The notes under the pieces were generated by a model. The model had not been told where the DNA came from, made no database searches, and saw nothing but the letters and a program-made list of their open reading frames with translations. From Candidatus Giovannonibacteria bacterium RIFOXYD1_FULL_48_21 (GTDB lineage Bacteria; Patescibacteriota; Minisyncoccia; JACPKW01; UBA11713): a stretch of DNA of 64,000 nucleotides. Positions 39,786 through 48,436 of the stretch are shown here, piece after piece (position 1 is the stretch's first letter; the number at the start of each line of letters is the position of its first letter). The DNA lies in NCBI GenBank assembly GCA_001778985.1, contig MFIU01000001.1, forward strand, positions 126,001 to 190,000, written 5' to 3'. The translations under genes and the position numbers were made by a program.

Positions 39786-39842
39786 CATTATGGAGTAAAG
39801 GTAGTCTAGCAACGGCGGTGCCTTTTTGGATACAATTAGGGA

Positions 39843-40247
39843 ATGCCGGCTTTTATACCTTCCGGGAAATTTTTGTCCTGGTTTTTAATCGGCCTTCTCT
39901 TGACCCAAGGCTGGGCGTTAATCACCTCGGCCTATTTTTATATCTGGTGGCTGGATTTACTGATGCATCTCGCCGGCGGATTTTGGGCGGGCGGTCTGGG
40001 CGTTTATCTTCTCCGAGAAACTCCGCTCTCTAAATTTTTATTTTTCTTGACGGTGGTGAGTTTCGCGGCTTTAGTCGGAGTGCTGTGGGAATTTTTTGAA
40101 TTTATGACCGATCCGCTCTGGAGCATCTTGGGCCGCGAGACTTTTTTTCAAGCAGGGCTGGAAGATACTTTGGGAGATTTGTTGTCCGATCTCGTCGGCG
40201 GAGCGCTGGCCGCTATCCTTTTCCGAAAAGAAGAAAAGAAATTATAA
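39843..40247 (+). CDS. membrane protein (VanZ/DUF2238-like)
   Basis: D.LMHLAGG, GVLWEFFEF, DTLGDL..D. Confidence 0.75.
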   Translation: MPAFIPSGKFLSWFLIGLLLTQGWALITSAYFYIWWLDLLMHLAGGFWAGGLGVYLLRETPLSKFLFFLTVVSFAALVGVLWEFFEFMTDPLWSILGRETFFQAGLEDTLGDLLSDLVGGALAAILFRKEEKKL

Positions 40248-40261
40248 TTAGGGGTAATGAA

Positions 40262-40370
40262 CCCCGTTAGAAATTCAGACGAGGCTATCATAAGATATTT
40301 TACATTGAGCAAATTCGCCTTCGGCTTTTTTAACCGCAACAAAAGTTTATTGGTAAAATTTTTAACGGGG
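40262..40370. mobile_element. TIR-bounded miniature element (109 bp, subfamily A) with TGAA duplication
   Basis: TGAA-CCCCGTTAGAAATT...AATTTTTAACGGGG-TGAA; colinear and gap-free with 20986-21094. Confidence 0.85.
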
Positions 40371-41737
40371 TGAAAATTTCTTTTTTCGGAGGAGCGCAAG
40401 AAGTGACCGGCTCCTGTTTTCTTTTCGATTCAGGCAAAACCAAGGTTTTGGTGGATTGCGGGCTTTTCCAGTGCCCGCGTTTTTGCGATATTCGTTCCAA
40501 AGAGCCCTTTCCTTTTAACCCTAAAGAAATTTCCGCGCTTTTTGTAACTCACGCCCACATCGACCATACCGGAAGGATTCCAAAACTGATTAAAGCGGGT
40601 TTTTCCGGGAAGATTTTTTCCACCCCGCCCACGAAAGAGCTTGCGGAACTGATGCTTTCCGATAGTTTGGGGGTGCTCGAAAAAGAAGCCAAGCGCCATA
40701 ATGAACCTTTGTTCTATGAAGAACGTGATATCGCCGCCGCGCTCGAGCTTTGGAAGGGAATCGATTATTATCAGAAACTTGAGATCGGCGATTTCAAAAT
40801 AAGACTGCTCGATTCCGGCCATGTTTTAGGGTCGGCCATGGTTGAGTTTGAGGTCGGCACCCGCCTGTCGGACGGGCAGGGGAAGAAAATAGTACTCACC
40901 GGAGACTTGGGAAATCCTCCCACCCCGCTTCTTCGAGATCCGGAGGAAGTGCGGGATGCCCAAGTTCTTCTCATTGAGTCTACCTACGGCAACCGCGTTC
41001 ATGAGAATCGGCCGGAGCGCAAGCTTAAGCTCGAGCGCGTCATCGAGGACACTCTTAAAGCCGGAGGGGTTCTGATGATTCCGGCTTTTTCTCTCGAGCG
41101 CACTCAAGAGCTTTTGGCCGAGATAGACGATTTGGTGCAGTTCGGCCGGATTCCCCAGGTTCCGATTTTTCTGGATTCGCCTTTGGCGATTAAAGCCACC
41201 GCCGTTTATAAAAAATACAAAAGTTATTTTAACAAAGAGGTGCACCTTAAAATCAAATCCGGAGACGACCTCTTCCGCTTTCCAGGACTTCGCTTCACGC
41301 TTACCACCGCCGAGTCAAAACAAATCAACGAGGTGCCGCCTCCGAAAATCATTATCGCGGGTTCGGGGATGTCGACCGGAGGACGGATTTTGCATCACGA
41401 ACGGCGCTATCTTTCCGACCCCAAGAGCACTCTTTTGATGGCGGGCTATCAGGCCGCGGGCTCATTGGGGAGGGTACTTCAAGACGGAGCCAGCGAGGTT
41501 ACGATTTTCGGGGAGAAAATCCCAGTGAGGGCCAGAGTTGAAACGCTTCAAGGTTATTCCGCCCATCCGGATCGGGAGCAGCTTCTGGAGTTCGTTTCCA
41601 AGAGCAAAGATTCGCTGGAGGAGGTTTTCGCGATTCAGGGCGAACCAGCGTCGTGCCTTTTCATGGTGCAGCGGATTCGGGATTATTTGGGGATTGACGC
41701 CTCGGCGCCGAAATACGGAGAAACATATGAAATATGA
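40370..41737 (+). CDS. beta-CASP metallo-beta-lactamase ribonuclease
   Basis: GGAQEVTGS, THAHIDH, GHVLGS, ESTYG, SAHPD. Confidence 0.93.
   Translation: MKISFFGGAQEVTGSCFLFDSGKTKVLVDCGLFQCPRFCDIRSKEPFPFNPKEISALFVTHAHIDHTGRIPKLIKAGFSGKIFSTPPTKELAELMLSDSLGVLEKEAKRHNEPLFYEERDIAAALELWKGIDYYQKLEIGDFKIRLLDSGHVLGSAMVEFEVGTRLSDGQGKKIVLTGDLGNPPTPLLRDPEEVRDAQVLLIESTYGNRVHENRPERKLKLERVIEDTLKAGGVLMIPAFSLERTQELLAEIDDLVQFGRIPQVPIFLDSPLAIKATAVYKKYKSYFNKEVHLKIKSGDDLFRFPGLRFTLTTAESKQINEVPPPKIIIAGSGMSTGGRILHHERRYLSDPKSTLLMAGYQAAGSLGRVLQDGASEVTIFGEKIPVRARVETLQGYSAHPDREQLLEFVSKSKDSLEEVFAIQGEPASCLFMVQRIRDYLGIDASAPKYGETYEI
40859..40879. repeat. 21-bp in-frame palindromic insert (TRLSDGQ)
   Basis: ACCCGCCTGTCGGACGGGCAG; 20/21 identical to 58005-58025. 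Confidence 0.8.
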
Positions 41738-41783
41738 CCCTTCAATAAGCTCAGGGTCATGGTGAGCTAAGTCGAATCCATGA
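41734..41783. repeat. CCCTTCGA...CTCAGGG family element at a stop codon
   Basis: ATGACCCT...AGGGTCAT hairpin followed by GGTGAG...CGAA.CCATGA; homologous to 42368-42418. Confidence 0.75.
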
Positions 41784-41795
41784 TAAAATTATTTT

Positions 41796-42371
41796 ATGAA
41801 ACCTTCGCCGCATTCTCATCTAAAATTTAAAATCTGCGTTTCTGGCGCGGCCGAAACTGGTCATTGCGGCCCCGAAGCCCTGGAAATGGCCAAAGAGCTT
41901 GGGAGAGAAATCGCGCGTCATAAAGCCGTCTTGGTTACGGGAGCCACGACCGGCGTTCCTTTCTGGGCTTGTATCGGCGCCAAAGAAGAGGGAGGCTTTT
42001 CCATCGGACTTTCGCCGGCCCGAAACGAGAAAGAGCATATCGAAGAGTATAAACTGCCGGTGGACTATATGGACATGATTGTTTACACCGGCTTCGGCTA
42101 CGCTGGAAGGAATCTTTTGCTGACGCGCTCGGCCGATGCTGTGATTTTTGGGTGCGGCCGGATGGGAACTTTGAACGAATTTACGATTGCGTTTGAAGAC
42201 CAAAAACCAATGGGAGTTTTGGACGGCTCTTGGGAAACCGCGGATTTATTCAAAGAAGTAGTGGAAAAATCCTATCGCGGCCCGGGCAAAATTGTCTATG
42301 ATTCCGACCCGAAACGGCTTGTCGAAAAAGTGATTGAACTGATTCGCAAAGAAAAAGTGATTGAGATATGA
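41796..42371 (+). CDS. LOG/SLOG family protein
   Basis: LVTGATTG, GRN.LL, GTLNEFTIA. Confidence 0.88.
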   Translation: MKPSPHSHLKFKICVSGAAETGHCGPEALEMAKELGREIARHKAVLVTGATTGVPFWACIGAKEEGGFSIGLSPARNEKEHIEEYKLPVDYMDMIVYTGFGYAGRNLLLTRSADAVIFGCGRMGTLNEFTIAFEDQKPMGVLDGSWETADLFKEVVEKSYRGPGKIVYDSDPKRLVEKVIELIRKEKVIEI

Positions 42372-42418
42372 CCCTTCGATTTATACTCAGGGTCATGGTG
42401 AGTAATATCGAACCATGA
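42368..42418. repeat. CCCTTCGA...CTCAGGG family element at an ATGA overlap
   Basis: ATGA duplicated at both ends; encodes MTLRFILRVMVSNIEP*. Confidence 0.78.
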
Positions 42419-43524
42419 AGACGATTGAGGGGCTGGGGCTCTTGTTGGGAATGATTATAGGCGCAGGGCTTTTCGCCCTGCCGTATAGTTTTTTAAAATC
42501 CGGAATTTTGTGGGGCGGCTTGCTTTTTGTTTTAGTTTTTCTGATAAGCTGGCTTTTGCATTCGCTCTACGCCGCCATAATCTATATCACTCCCGGTAAA
42601 CACCGCTTCCCCGGATACATTAAATTACATCTGGGCGAGCGAGCGGAAACTCTGGCGGCGATTTTCACCTTTCTCTCTTACTACGGAGCTATGCTCGCCT
42701 ATGGCCTTTTGGGCGCGATTTTTCTCCAGACTATTTTTGGGCTTGATTTTTTATGGAGCGGAATTTTATTCTTCATCGCCGGGGGAGCGCTCTTTTTTTT
42801 GTCGCTGCGGGTGGTTGGAAAAATAAATTTCTATCTCACCCTCCCGCTTTTGGCCTTCATCCTTATTCTGGTGGTCCAATTATTTCCGGATGTGGCGAGA
42901 GAAAACTTTACCCTGCCGTCCGGCCCGGACTTTCTCCTGCCTTACGGAGTTTTTCTCTTCGCTTTCGGAGGGTACGCCGCCCTTCCGGATTTGCATGATG
43001 TTTTGGGCGCCAATCGGAGAAAACTTTCCAAAAAAATAATTTTTGCGAGCCTCGCGATTTCGGCTCTTTTTTACCTCATTTTCATTCTCGCGGTCCTGGG
43101 CGCCTCCGGCGCCCGGACTTCCCCTGACTCTTTCTCCGGGCTTCTGCCAGTCGCGGCGGGGAGCGTGGTTTTAATCGGTTCTATAATCGGAATTTTAACC
43201 GTATTTACATCGTATATCGTCTTCGGCGTCGATTTAAAACTGACTTTCCGTTACGATTACAAATTTTCAGAGGCTCATTCCTGGATTTTGGCGTTCGGAC
43301 CGCCTATTTTGCTTTTCGCTTTTGGCTTTACTGACCTGATTAAAATTTTGAGCCTCGTCGGCTCGGTCGGCCTCGGGGTTTTCGCGGTTTTTATTTTGCT
43401 GATTTCCTGGCGGGAGCGCGAAAAACTCGCGTCTTTTCTGGGTTTTGTCCCGCGGGCCTGGTGGCTTTTGCCTTTGGGAATTTTGGTTGTTCTGGGCGCC
43501 TTGCAGGATATACTTAATCTATGA
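42415..43524 (+). CDS. aromatic amino acid permease family transporter
   Basis: GMIIGAGLFALPY, PYGVFLFAF, about 11 TM. Confidence 0.85.
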   Translation: MKTIEGLGLLLGMIIGAGLFALPYSFLKSGILWGGLLFVLVFLISWLLHSLYAAIIYITPGKHRFPGYIKLHLGERAETLAAIFTFLSYYGAMLAYGLLGAIFLQTIFGLDFLWSGILFFIAGGALFFLSLRVVGKINFYLTLPLLAFILILVVQLFPDVARENFTLPSGPDFLLPYGVFLFAFGGYAALPDLHDVLGANRRKLSKKIIFASLAISALFYLIFILAVLGASGARTSPDSFSGLLPVAAGSVVLIGSIIGILTVFTSYIVFGVDLKLTFRYDYKFSEAHSWILAFGPPILLFAFGFTDLIKILSLVGSVGLGVFAVFILLISWREREKLASFLGFVPRAWWLLPLGILVVLGALQDILNL

Positions 43525-43525
43525 A

Positions 43526-43628
43526 TCCCGTTAGAAAATCTACGAGCTTTTATATTTTAGATTCAAGCATTCTTGTTTTAGAGGGTCGGCTATGGTCAAG
43601 TCGGCCTATGGTAGATTTTCTAACGGGA
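43526..43628. mobile_element. TIR-bounded miniature element (103 bp, subfamily C) with TGAA duplication
   Basis: TGAA-TCCCGTTAGAAAATCTAC...GTAGATTTTCTAACGGGA-TGAA. Confidence 0.85.
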
Positions 43629-44869
43629 TGAAAATAGCGGCGGACCTTCATATCCATTCCAAATTCTCCCGGGCGGTTTCCAAGGAGATGACTTTGGAGA
43701 ATTTGGATACTTGGGCGAGAAAAAAAGGCATCAATGTTTTGGGTACAGGGGATTTCACGCATCCGCAGTGGTTTAGGGAAATAAAAGCCAAGCTTGAACC
43801 AAGCGAGGCAGGACTATACAAATTAAAGGGTTCTGATTCTGGAACGAGATTCATTCTGACGGTGGAAATTTCGAATATCTACACCAAGAATAAAAAAGGC
43901 CGAAGGGTTCATAACTTAATTTTCGTGCCGACCATCGAAGCGGCGGAGAAAATTAATGAGCGTTTGGGCTGGCAGGGGAATTTGCGCTCGGACGGCCGTC
44001 CGATTCTGGGTCTCGATTCGAAAGAACTTTTGAAAATTGTTCTCGACATTGAGCCCCGTTCGCTTTTTGTTCCGGCTCACGCCTGGACGCCTTGGTTTTC
44101 GATTTTCGGCTCCATGTCCGGTTTTGATTCCATCGAAGAATGTTTTGACGAGTATTCAAAATATATTTATGCGATTGAAACCGGGCTCTCTTCCGACCCG
44201 GCCATGAACTGGCGGCTTTCGAAGCTAGATAAAATCGCCTTGATTTCAAATTCGGACAGCCATTCCTTGGAGCGAATCGGACGGGAAGCCAATGTTTTCG
44301 ATTGCGAGCTTTCTTATGACGCGATTGTCGAGGCGATAAAATCCAAAAATCCCAAAAAGTTTCTCTATACCATCGAATTTTTTCCGGAAGAAGGAAAGTA
44401 TCACTATGATGGGCACCGGCTTTGCAATTTTTCACAAGACCCGGCCGTGACCAAAGAGAAAGGCAAAATCTGTCCAGTCTGCAAGCGGCCGATGACCATC
44501 GGAGTTTTGTACCGGGTGGAAGAGTTGGCGGATAGACCATCCGGAACAAAACCGGCCAATGCCGTCCCCTTTAAGAGTTTGGTCACGCTCGATAAAATTA
44601 TCGGCGATGCTTTGGGAGTGGGTGAGAAGTCAAAAGCCGTGCAGAGAGAATATGAAAGTTTGATTCAAAAGTTCGGAAACGAGCTCGCGGTTTTGCTTGA
44701 TGTTCGGGAATCTGATTTGAAATCCGCCACAGATTCACGAATTTCCGAAGGAATTTTGAAAGTCCGCGAAGGCAAGGTGAAAGTCACACCCGGCTATGAC
44801 GGCGAGTATGGAAAAATTTCCATTTTTAATGCCGAAGATTTAAAAGTCCCCCAAGAGAGTTTATTTTAA
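43628..44869 (+). CDS. endonuclease Q family PHP-domain protein
   Basis: ADLHIHS, GTGDFTHP, PAHAWTPW, SNSDSHS, GKYHYDGHR.C, PGYDGEYG. Confidence 0.88.
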   Translation: MKIAADLHIHSKFSRAVSKEMTLENLDTWARKKGINVLGTGDFTHPQWFREIKAKLEPSEAGLYKLKGSDSGTRFILTVEISNIYTKNKKGRRVHNLIFVPTIEAAEKINERLGWQGNLRSDGRPILGLDSKELLKIVLDIEPRSLFVPAHAWTPWFSIFGSMSGFDSIEECFDEYSKYIYAIETGLSSDPAMNWRLSKLDKIALISNSDSHSLERIGREANVFDCELSYDAIVEAIKSKNPKKFLYTIEFFPEEGKYHYDGHRLCNFSQDPAVTKEKGKICPVCKRPMTIGVLYRVEELADRPSGTKPANAVPFKSLVTLDKIIGDALGVGEKSKAVQREYESLIQKFGNELAVLLDVRESDLKSATDSRISEGILKVREGKVKVTPGYDGEYGKISIFNAEDLKVPQESLF

Positions 44870-44873
44870 AATT

Positions 44874-45509
44874 ATGCTAAAAAAAATTTCAACCATACTT
44901 CTGATTCTGACCTGGGTGGATGTTTTGATTTTGTCGGCTTTTGGGCTTTTGTCCCCGGTTTTTGCGATTTTCGTGACTGGGCAGATCGAAGGCGGAACAG
45001 CCACGGTGGTCGGCTTCGCTACCGCGATTTATTTTATCGCTAAATCCATTTTCCAAATTCCCGTAGGCCGCTATATCGATAAACATTCCGGCGAGCGGGA
45101 CGACTTCTGGGTTTTGTTAGCCGGTTATATAGTTTTGACCGCAGTTCCCTTCCTTTATCTTTTGGCATCCTCCCCCCTTCACGTTTATTCTCTGCAGTTT
45201 TTGTTGGGAGTGGCGGATGCGCTCTCCGTCCCAGCCTACCTTGCCGTTTTCTCCAGGCACCTCGATAAAGAACATGAAGGCACGGAATGGTCTATCCGTT
45301 CGGTCTTCACCGGCGGAGCGGCTGCTGTCGCCGGCGCGGTCGGAGGAATAGTGGTGGATACTTTCGGGTTTCAAACCCTTTTCCTGGCCGCTGGAATACT
45401 TTCGGTTTTTTCCACCCTTTCCATTTTTTTGATAAAACCTTTTCTCTATGAAGAGCGGGCCAGAGCCATTCCGCCTGGGATTACCCATATTGGCTCGAGC
45501 GAAGTGTGA
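44874..45509 (+). CDS. half-size MFS-like transporter
   Basis: About 6 TM; QIPVGRYID motif A-like. Confidence 0.75.
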   Translation: MLKKISTILLILTWVDVLILSAFGLLSPVFAIFVTGQIEGGTATVVGFATAIYFIAKSIFQIPVGRYIDKHSGERDDFWVLLAGYIVLTAVPFLYLLASSPLHVYSLQFLLGVADALSVPAYLAVFSRHLDKEHEGTEWSIRSVFTGGAAAVAGAVGGIVVDTFGFQTLFLAAGILSVFSTLSIFLIKPFLYEERARAIPPGITHIGSSEV

Positions 45510-47230
45510 AGAACCAAGAGATTTCCAAAATCTTTTTTGAGCTGGCCGAGCTTTACGACATGAAAGAAGCGCCGTTTAAGCCGCGCGCCTTCGAAAAAGC
45601 TTCAAGTTCTATCGCGAATCTCGAAGAAGACATAGCGGACATTTACAAAAAAGGCGGCCTTCGAGCACTCGAAAATATTCCGGGCGTGGGCAGGGGAATC
45701 GCCGAACGGATTGAAGAATATTTGAAAACCGGCCGAATCAAAGAATATCAGCGTCTCAAGCGAGATTTCCCGGTGGACATCGCCGAATTGTCTTCCATTG
45801 AGGGGATTGGGCCTAAACTTATCAAGGTTTTATATACCAGATTAAGGATTAAAAATATATCTGACTTGGAAAAAGCCGTAAAGCAGGGGAAATTGCGCCA
45901 CCTTCCCAGGATGGGCGAAAAGCTAGAGGCCAAGATTATGAAAGGAATTGAGTTTAAAAAAGAAGGCGGAGGCAGGTTCGCCTTGGGGGAAATTTTGCCG
46001 TTCGCGCGCGAAATTAAAGCTCGACTCTTAAAGCTGAAGGGCGTGGAGGCCGTAGAGATTGCAGGTTCTTTGAGGAGATGGCAGGAGACTATTGGGGATG
46101 TGGATATACTCGCCATTTCAGAAGACCCGCCCAAAACCTGCGATTATTTTGCGAAAATGCCAGAGGTTGGACATGTCTACGCTCACGGCGATACCAAGGT
46201 GCTGGTTAGACTAAAAATGGGAATTGATGCCGACTTGCGGGTGGTGCCTAAAGAATCTTTTGGCGCGGCCCTCCAATATTTCACCGGCAACAAAGACCAC
46301 AACGTTGAAGTCCGGAAAATAGCGATTAAAAAAGGATACAAGTTAAATGAATACGGATTGTTTAAGGGTAAAAAAATAATCGCGGCCCGGAGCGAAGAAG
46401 AAATTTACGAAAAACTCGGAATGGAAACCCCGCCTCCCGAGATTAGATTAAACGACGGAGAAATAGAAGCCGCGCTTAAACATCAACTTCCCAAATTAAT
46501 TGGCTATGACGATTTGAAGGGGGATTTGCAAACGCAGTCGGACTGGACCGATGGCTCGAATTCCATTGAGGAGCTCGCTCGAGAAGCGGAAAAGATGGGC
46601 CATGAGTATATCGCGATTACCGACCATACCAAATCATTGGCGATGACCGGCGGTTCGGATGAAAAAAAACTTCTGCGCCAAATGGCGGAAATAGACAAGA
46701 TTCAGAAAAAATTTTCAAAAATAAAAATTTTGAAGAGTGCAGAAGTTAATATTATGAAAAATGGCTCTTTGGATATCGCGAACGAAGTTTTGGCGAAATT
46801 GGACGTGGTAGGGGCGGCCGTGCATTCGCTTTTTAATCTTTCAAGAAACGAGCAGACCGCGCGCATTATTCGCGCCATGGGAAACCCCCATTTGGATATT
46901 CTTTTTCATCCTACCGGCCGGATAATCAACCGCAGAAAACCTTATGATGTCGATATTGAAGCCGTAATTAAAGCCGCGAAGCGCACCGGGACTATTCTGG
47001 AAATAGACGCTCATCCCTGGCGCCTGGATTTAAAAGATGAACATATTAAAATGTCGCGCGAAGCCGGAGTGAAAATGGTTATAGACACAGACGCTCACTC
47101 CGTTCCCGAGCTTCATTATCTTGAATACGGCATCGCCCAAGCGCGGCGCGGTTGGTGCGCTAAAAAAGATATTATAAATACCCTCCCCCTGAAGGAGTTT
47201 TTGAAAGCACTGAAAAAAGTCCGAAAATAA
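45506..47230 (+). CDS. polX: DNA polymerase X with PHP domain
   Basis: HhH GVG/GIG motifs, AGSLRR...GDVD, YFTG.K.HN, ITDH, HPTGR, TDAH. Confidence 0.95.
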   Translation: MKNQEISKIFFELAELYDMKEAPFKPRAFEKASSSIANLEEDIADIYKKGGLRALENIPGVGRGIAERIEEYLKTGRIKEYQRLKRDFPVDIAELSSIEGIGPKLIKVLYTRLRIKNISDLEKAVKQGKLRHLPRMGEKLEAKIMKGIEFKKEGGGRFALGEILPFAREIKARLLKLKGVEAVEIAGSLRRWQETIGDVDILAISEDPPKTCDYFAKMPEVGHVYAHGDTKVLVRLKMGIDADLRVVPKESFGAALQYFTGNKDHNVEVRKIAIKKGYKLNEYGLFKGKKIIAARSEEEIYEKLGMETPPPEIRLNDGEIEAALKHQLPKLIGYDDLKGDLQTQSDWTDGSNSIEELAREAEKMGHEYIAITDHTKSLAMTGGSDEKKLLRQMAEIDKIQKKFSKIKILKSAEVNIMKNGSLDIANEVLAKLDVVGAAVHSLFNLSRNEQTARIIRAMGNPHLDILFHPTGRIINRRKPYDVDIEAVIKAAKRTGTILEIDAHPWRLDLKDEHIKMSREAGVKMVIDTDAHSVPELHYLEYGIAQARRGWCAKKDIINTLPLKEFLKALKKVRK

Positions 47231-47407
47231 GGGCTTTTTTAACTTCTCCGTGGGCTTGACTTTTTTATTGTTTGGATGTTTAATTGTCATTAAAGCTGGA
47301 AATGTAGGGCTGTCTTACATTTTCGAAGCTGTGGTCCTTTAACTCACCTCTGCGAAAAAGGCTATTCGCAGAAGGTTATGCTCCCAATGGGAAGCGAAGG
47401 AGGTTTT

Positions 47408-48058
47408 ATGAAGCCAAGTTTTGAACAAGGGATTTTGTTTGACCGGAATGTCGTAGAACTCAAGGCGAAGCTTGACCACGACGAAATGCAACGGCTGATT
47501 GAGGGCTTCAATCTTGTCTACGGCATCGCCAAAGGCAAGGTCAAGAGAACGGCGTCAGTATTATTAAATCTTGTCGTTTCCGGAGTGAGCATTACCGCAG
47601 CGCCCGCCGCGAAAACGGATGACTGTTTCAAGGTCGGGGACGGCGTCTTCGCTTATCGTGACCAGGATTTTGACCGCTGGTTGCCGGCAACGGTTCCGGC
47701 CGTGGGCGCGGGCAACGCCTCGACGTTTGAGTTTGAAATAGATCTCAACTTTCAGGAAATTGTAGAGGCGCACCTCGGCACCAAAGGCTCAATCGATGAG
47801 CTCAAAAAAGCGCTTATCGAGAATGGAAAGTGCTGGAGCCCGAAGCAGATAGATAAGCTCATCCGCAACTGCGAGAATGGCGACAATCCCTTAAAACTGC
47901 GGACTGACGGCTATGCCAATTTCTTCTTTATTGATATTGGCGGCGGCGTCTTCGCGGTCAGCGCCTATCGGTTCTCGGACGGCTGGGACATGTATGTCTA
48001 CGAGTTCGCGGACACCAATCGCTGGCGCGTCGAGGACCGCGTTTCTTTCCGCAACTGA
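47408..48058 (+). CDS. DGR target protein with C-terminal variable region
   Basis: Last 37 codons match TR except at TR adenines; AGGAGGT SD before ATG 47408 (alternative start 47378). Confidence 0.92.
   Translation: MKPSFEQGILFDRNVVELKAKLDHDEMQRLIEGFNLVYGIAKGKVKRTASVLLNLVVSGVSITAAPAAKTDDCFKVGDGVFAYRDQDFDRWLPATVPAVGAGNASTFEFEIDLNFQEIVEAHLGTKGSIDELKKALIENGKCWSPKQIDKLIRNCENGDNPLKLRTDGYANFFFIDIGGGVFAVSAYRFSDGWDMYVYEFADTNRWRVEDRVSFRN
47945..48055 (+). repeat. DGR variable repeat (VR)
   Basis: 111 bp; 14 mismatches to TR, every one opposite a TR adenine. Confidence 0.97.
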
Positions 48059-48090
48059 TTCTTTGTTTCTTTGTCCCTCCGCATCCTAAA

Positions 48091-48119
48091 CGCCGGGTGT
48101 TCATCCTGAACATCCGGCG
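48091..48119. promoter_or_regulatory. DGR homing hairpin downstream of VR
   Basis: CGCCGGGTGTTCA-TCC-TGAACATCCGGCG: 13-bp stem with one G.T pair, 3-nt loop (GGA on the minus strand). Confidence 0.85.
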
Positions 48120-48131
48120 TATCTTTTTTAA

Positions 48132-48140
48132 TGCTATACT
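48132..48140 (+). promoter_or_regulatory. extended -10 promoter candidate for the TR RNA
   Basis: TGCTATACT directly before a GAATTTCGC...GCGAAATTC stem (48147-48191). Confidence 0.5.
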
Positions 48141-48325
48141 CAATATGAATTTCGCTGGCATCCCCGGTCAAGGCTTGGGGTGGCGAAATTCCGGTCTGAA
48201 ATTTTTATTTCCGCCCGTCAAAAAACAAACAGTTGGTGCGGTCTGCTAGGAAACATTAAGGTTTCAAATACTATACAGCCCCGAGAGTATTCAAAGGGCA
48301 GTGGATTGGGCGGCAGGCGGCACGA

Positions 48326-48436
48326 AACGTCTTCGCGGTCAACGCCAATCGGAACTCGGACGGCTGGAACATGAATGTCAACGAGTTCGCGAACACCAAT
48401 CGCTGGAACGTCGAGAACCGCGTTTCTTTCCGAAAC
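48326..48436 (+). repeat. DGR template repeat (TR)
   Basis: Contains 12 AAY triplets in the register of the target codons. Confidence 0.97.
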
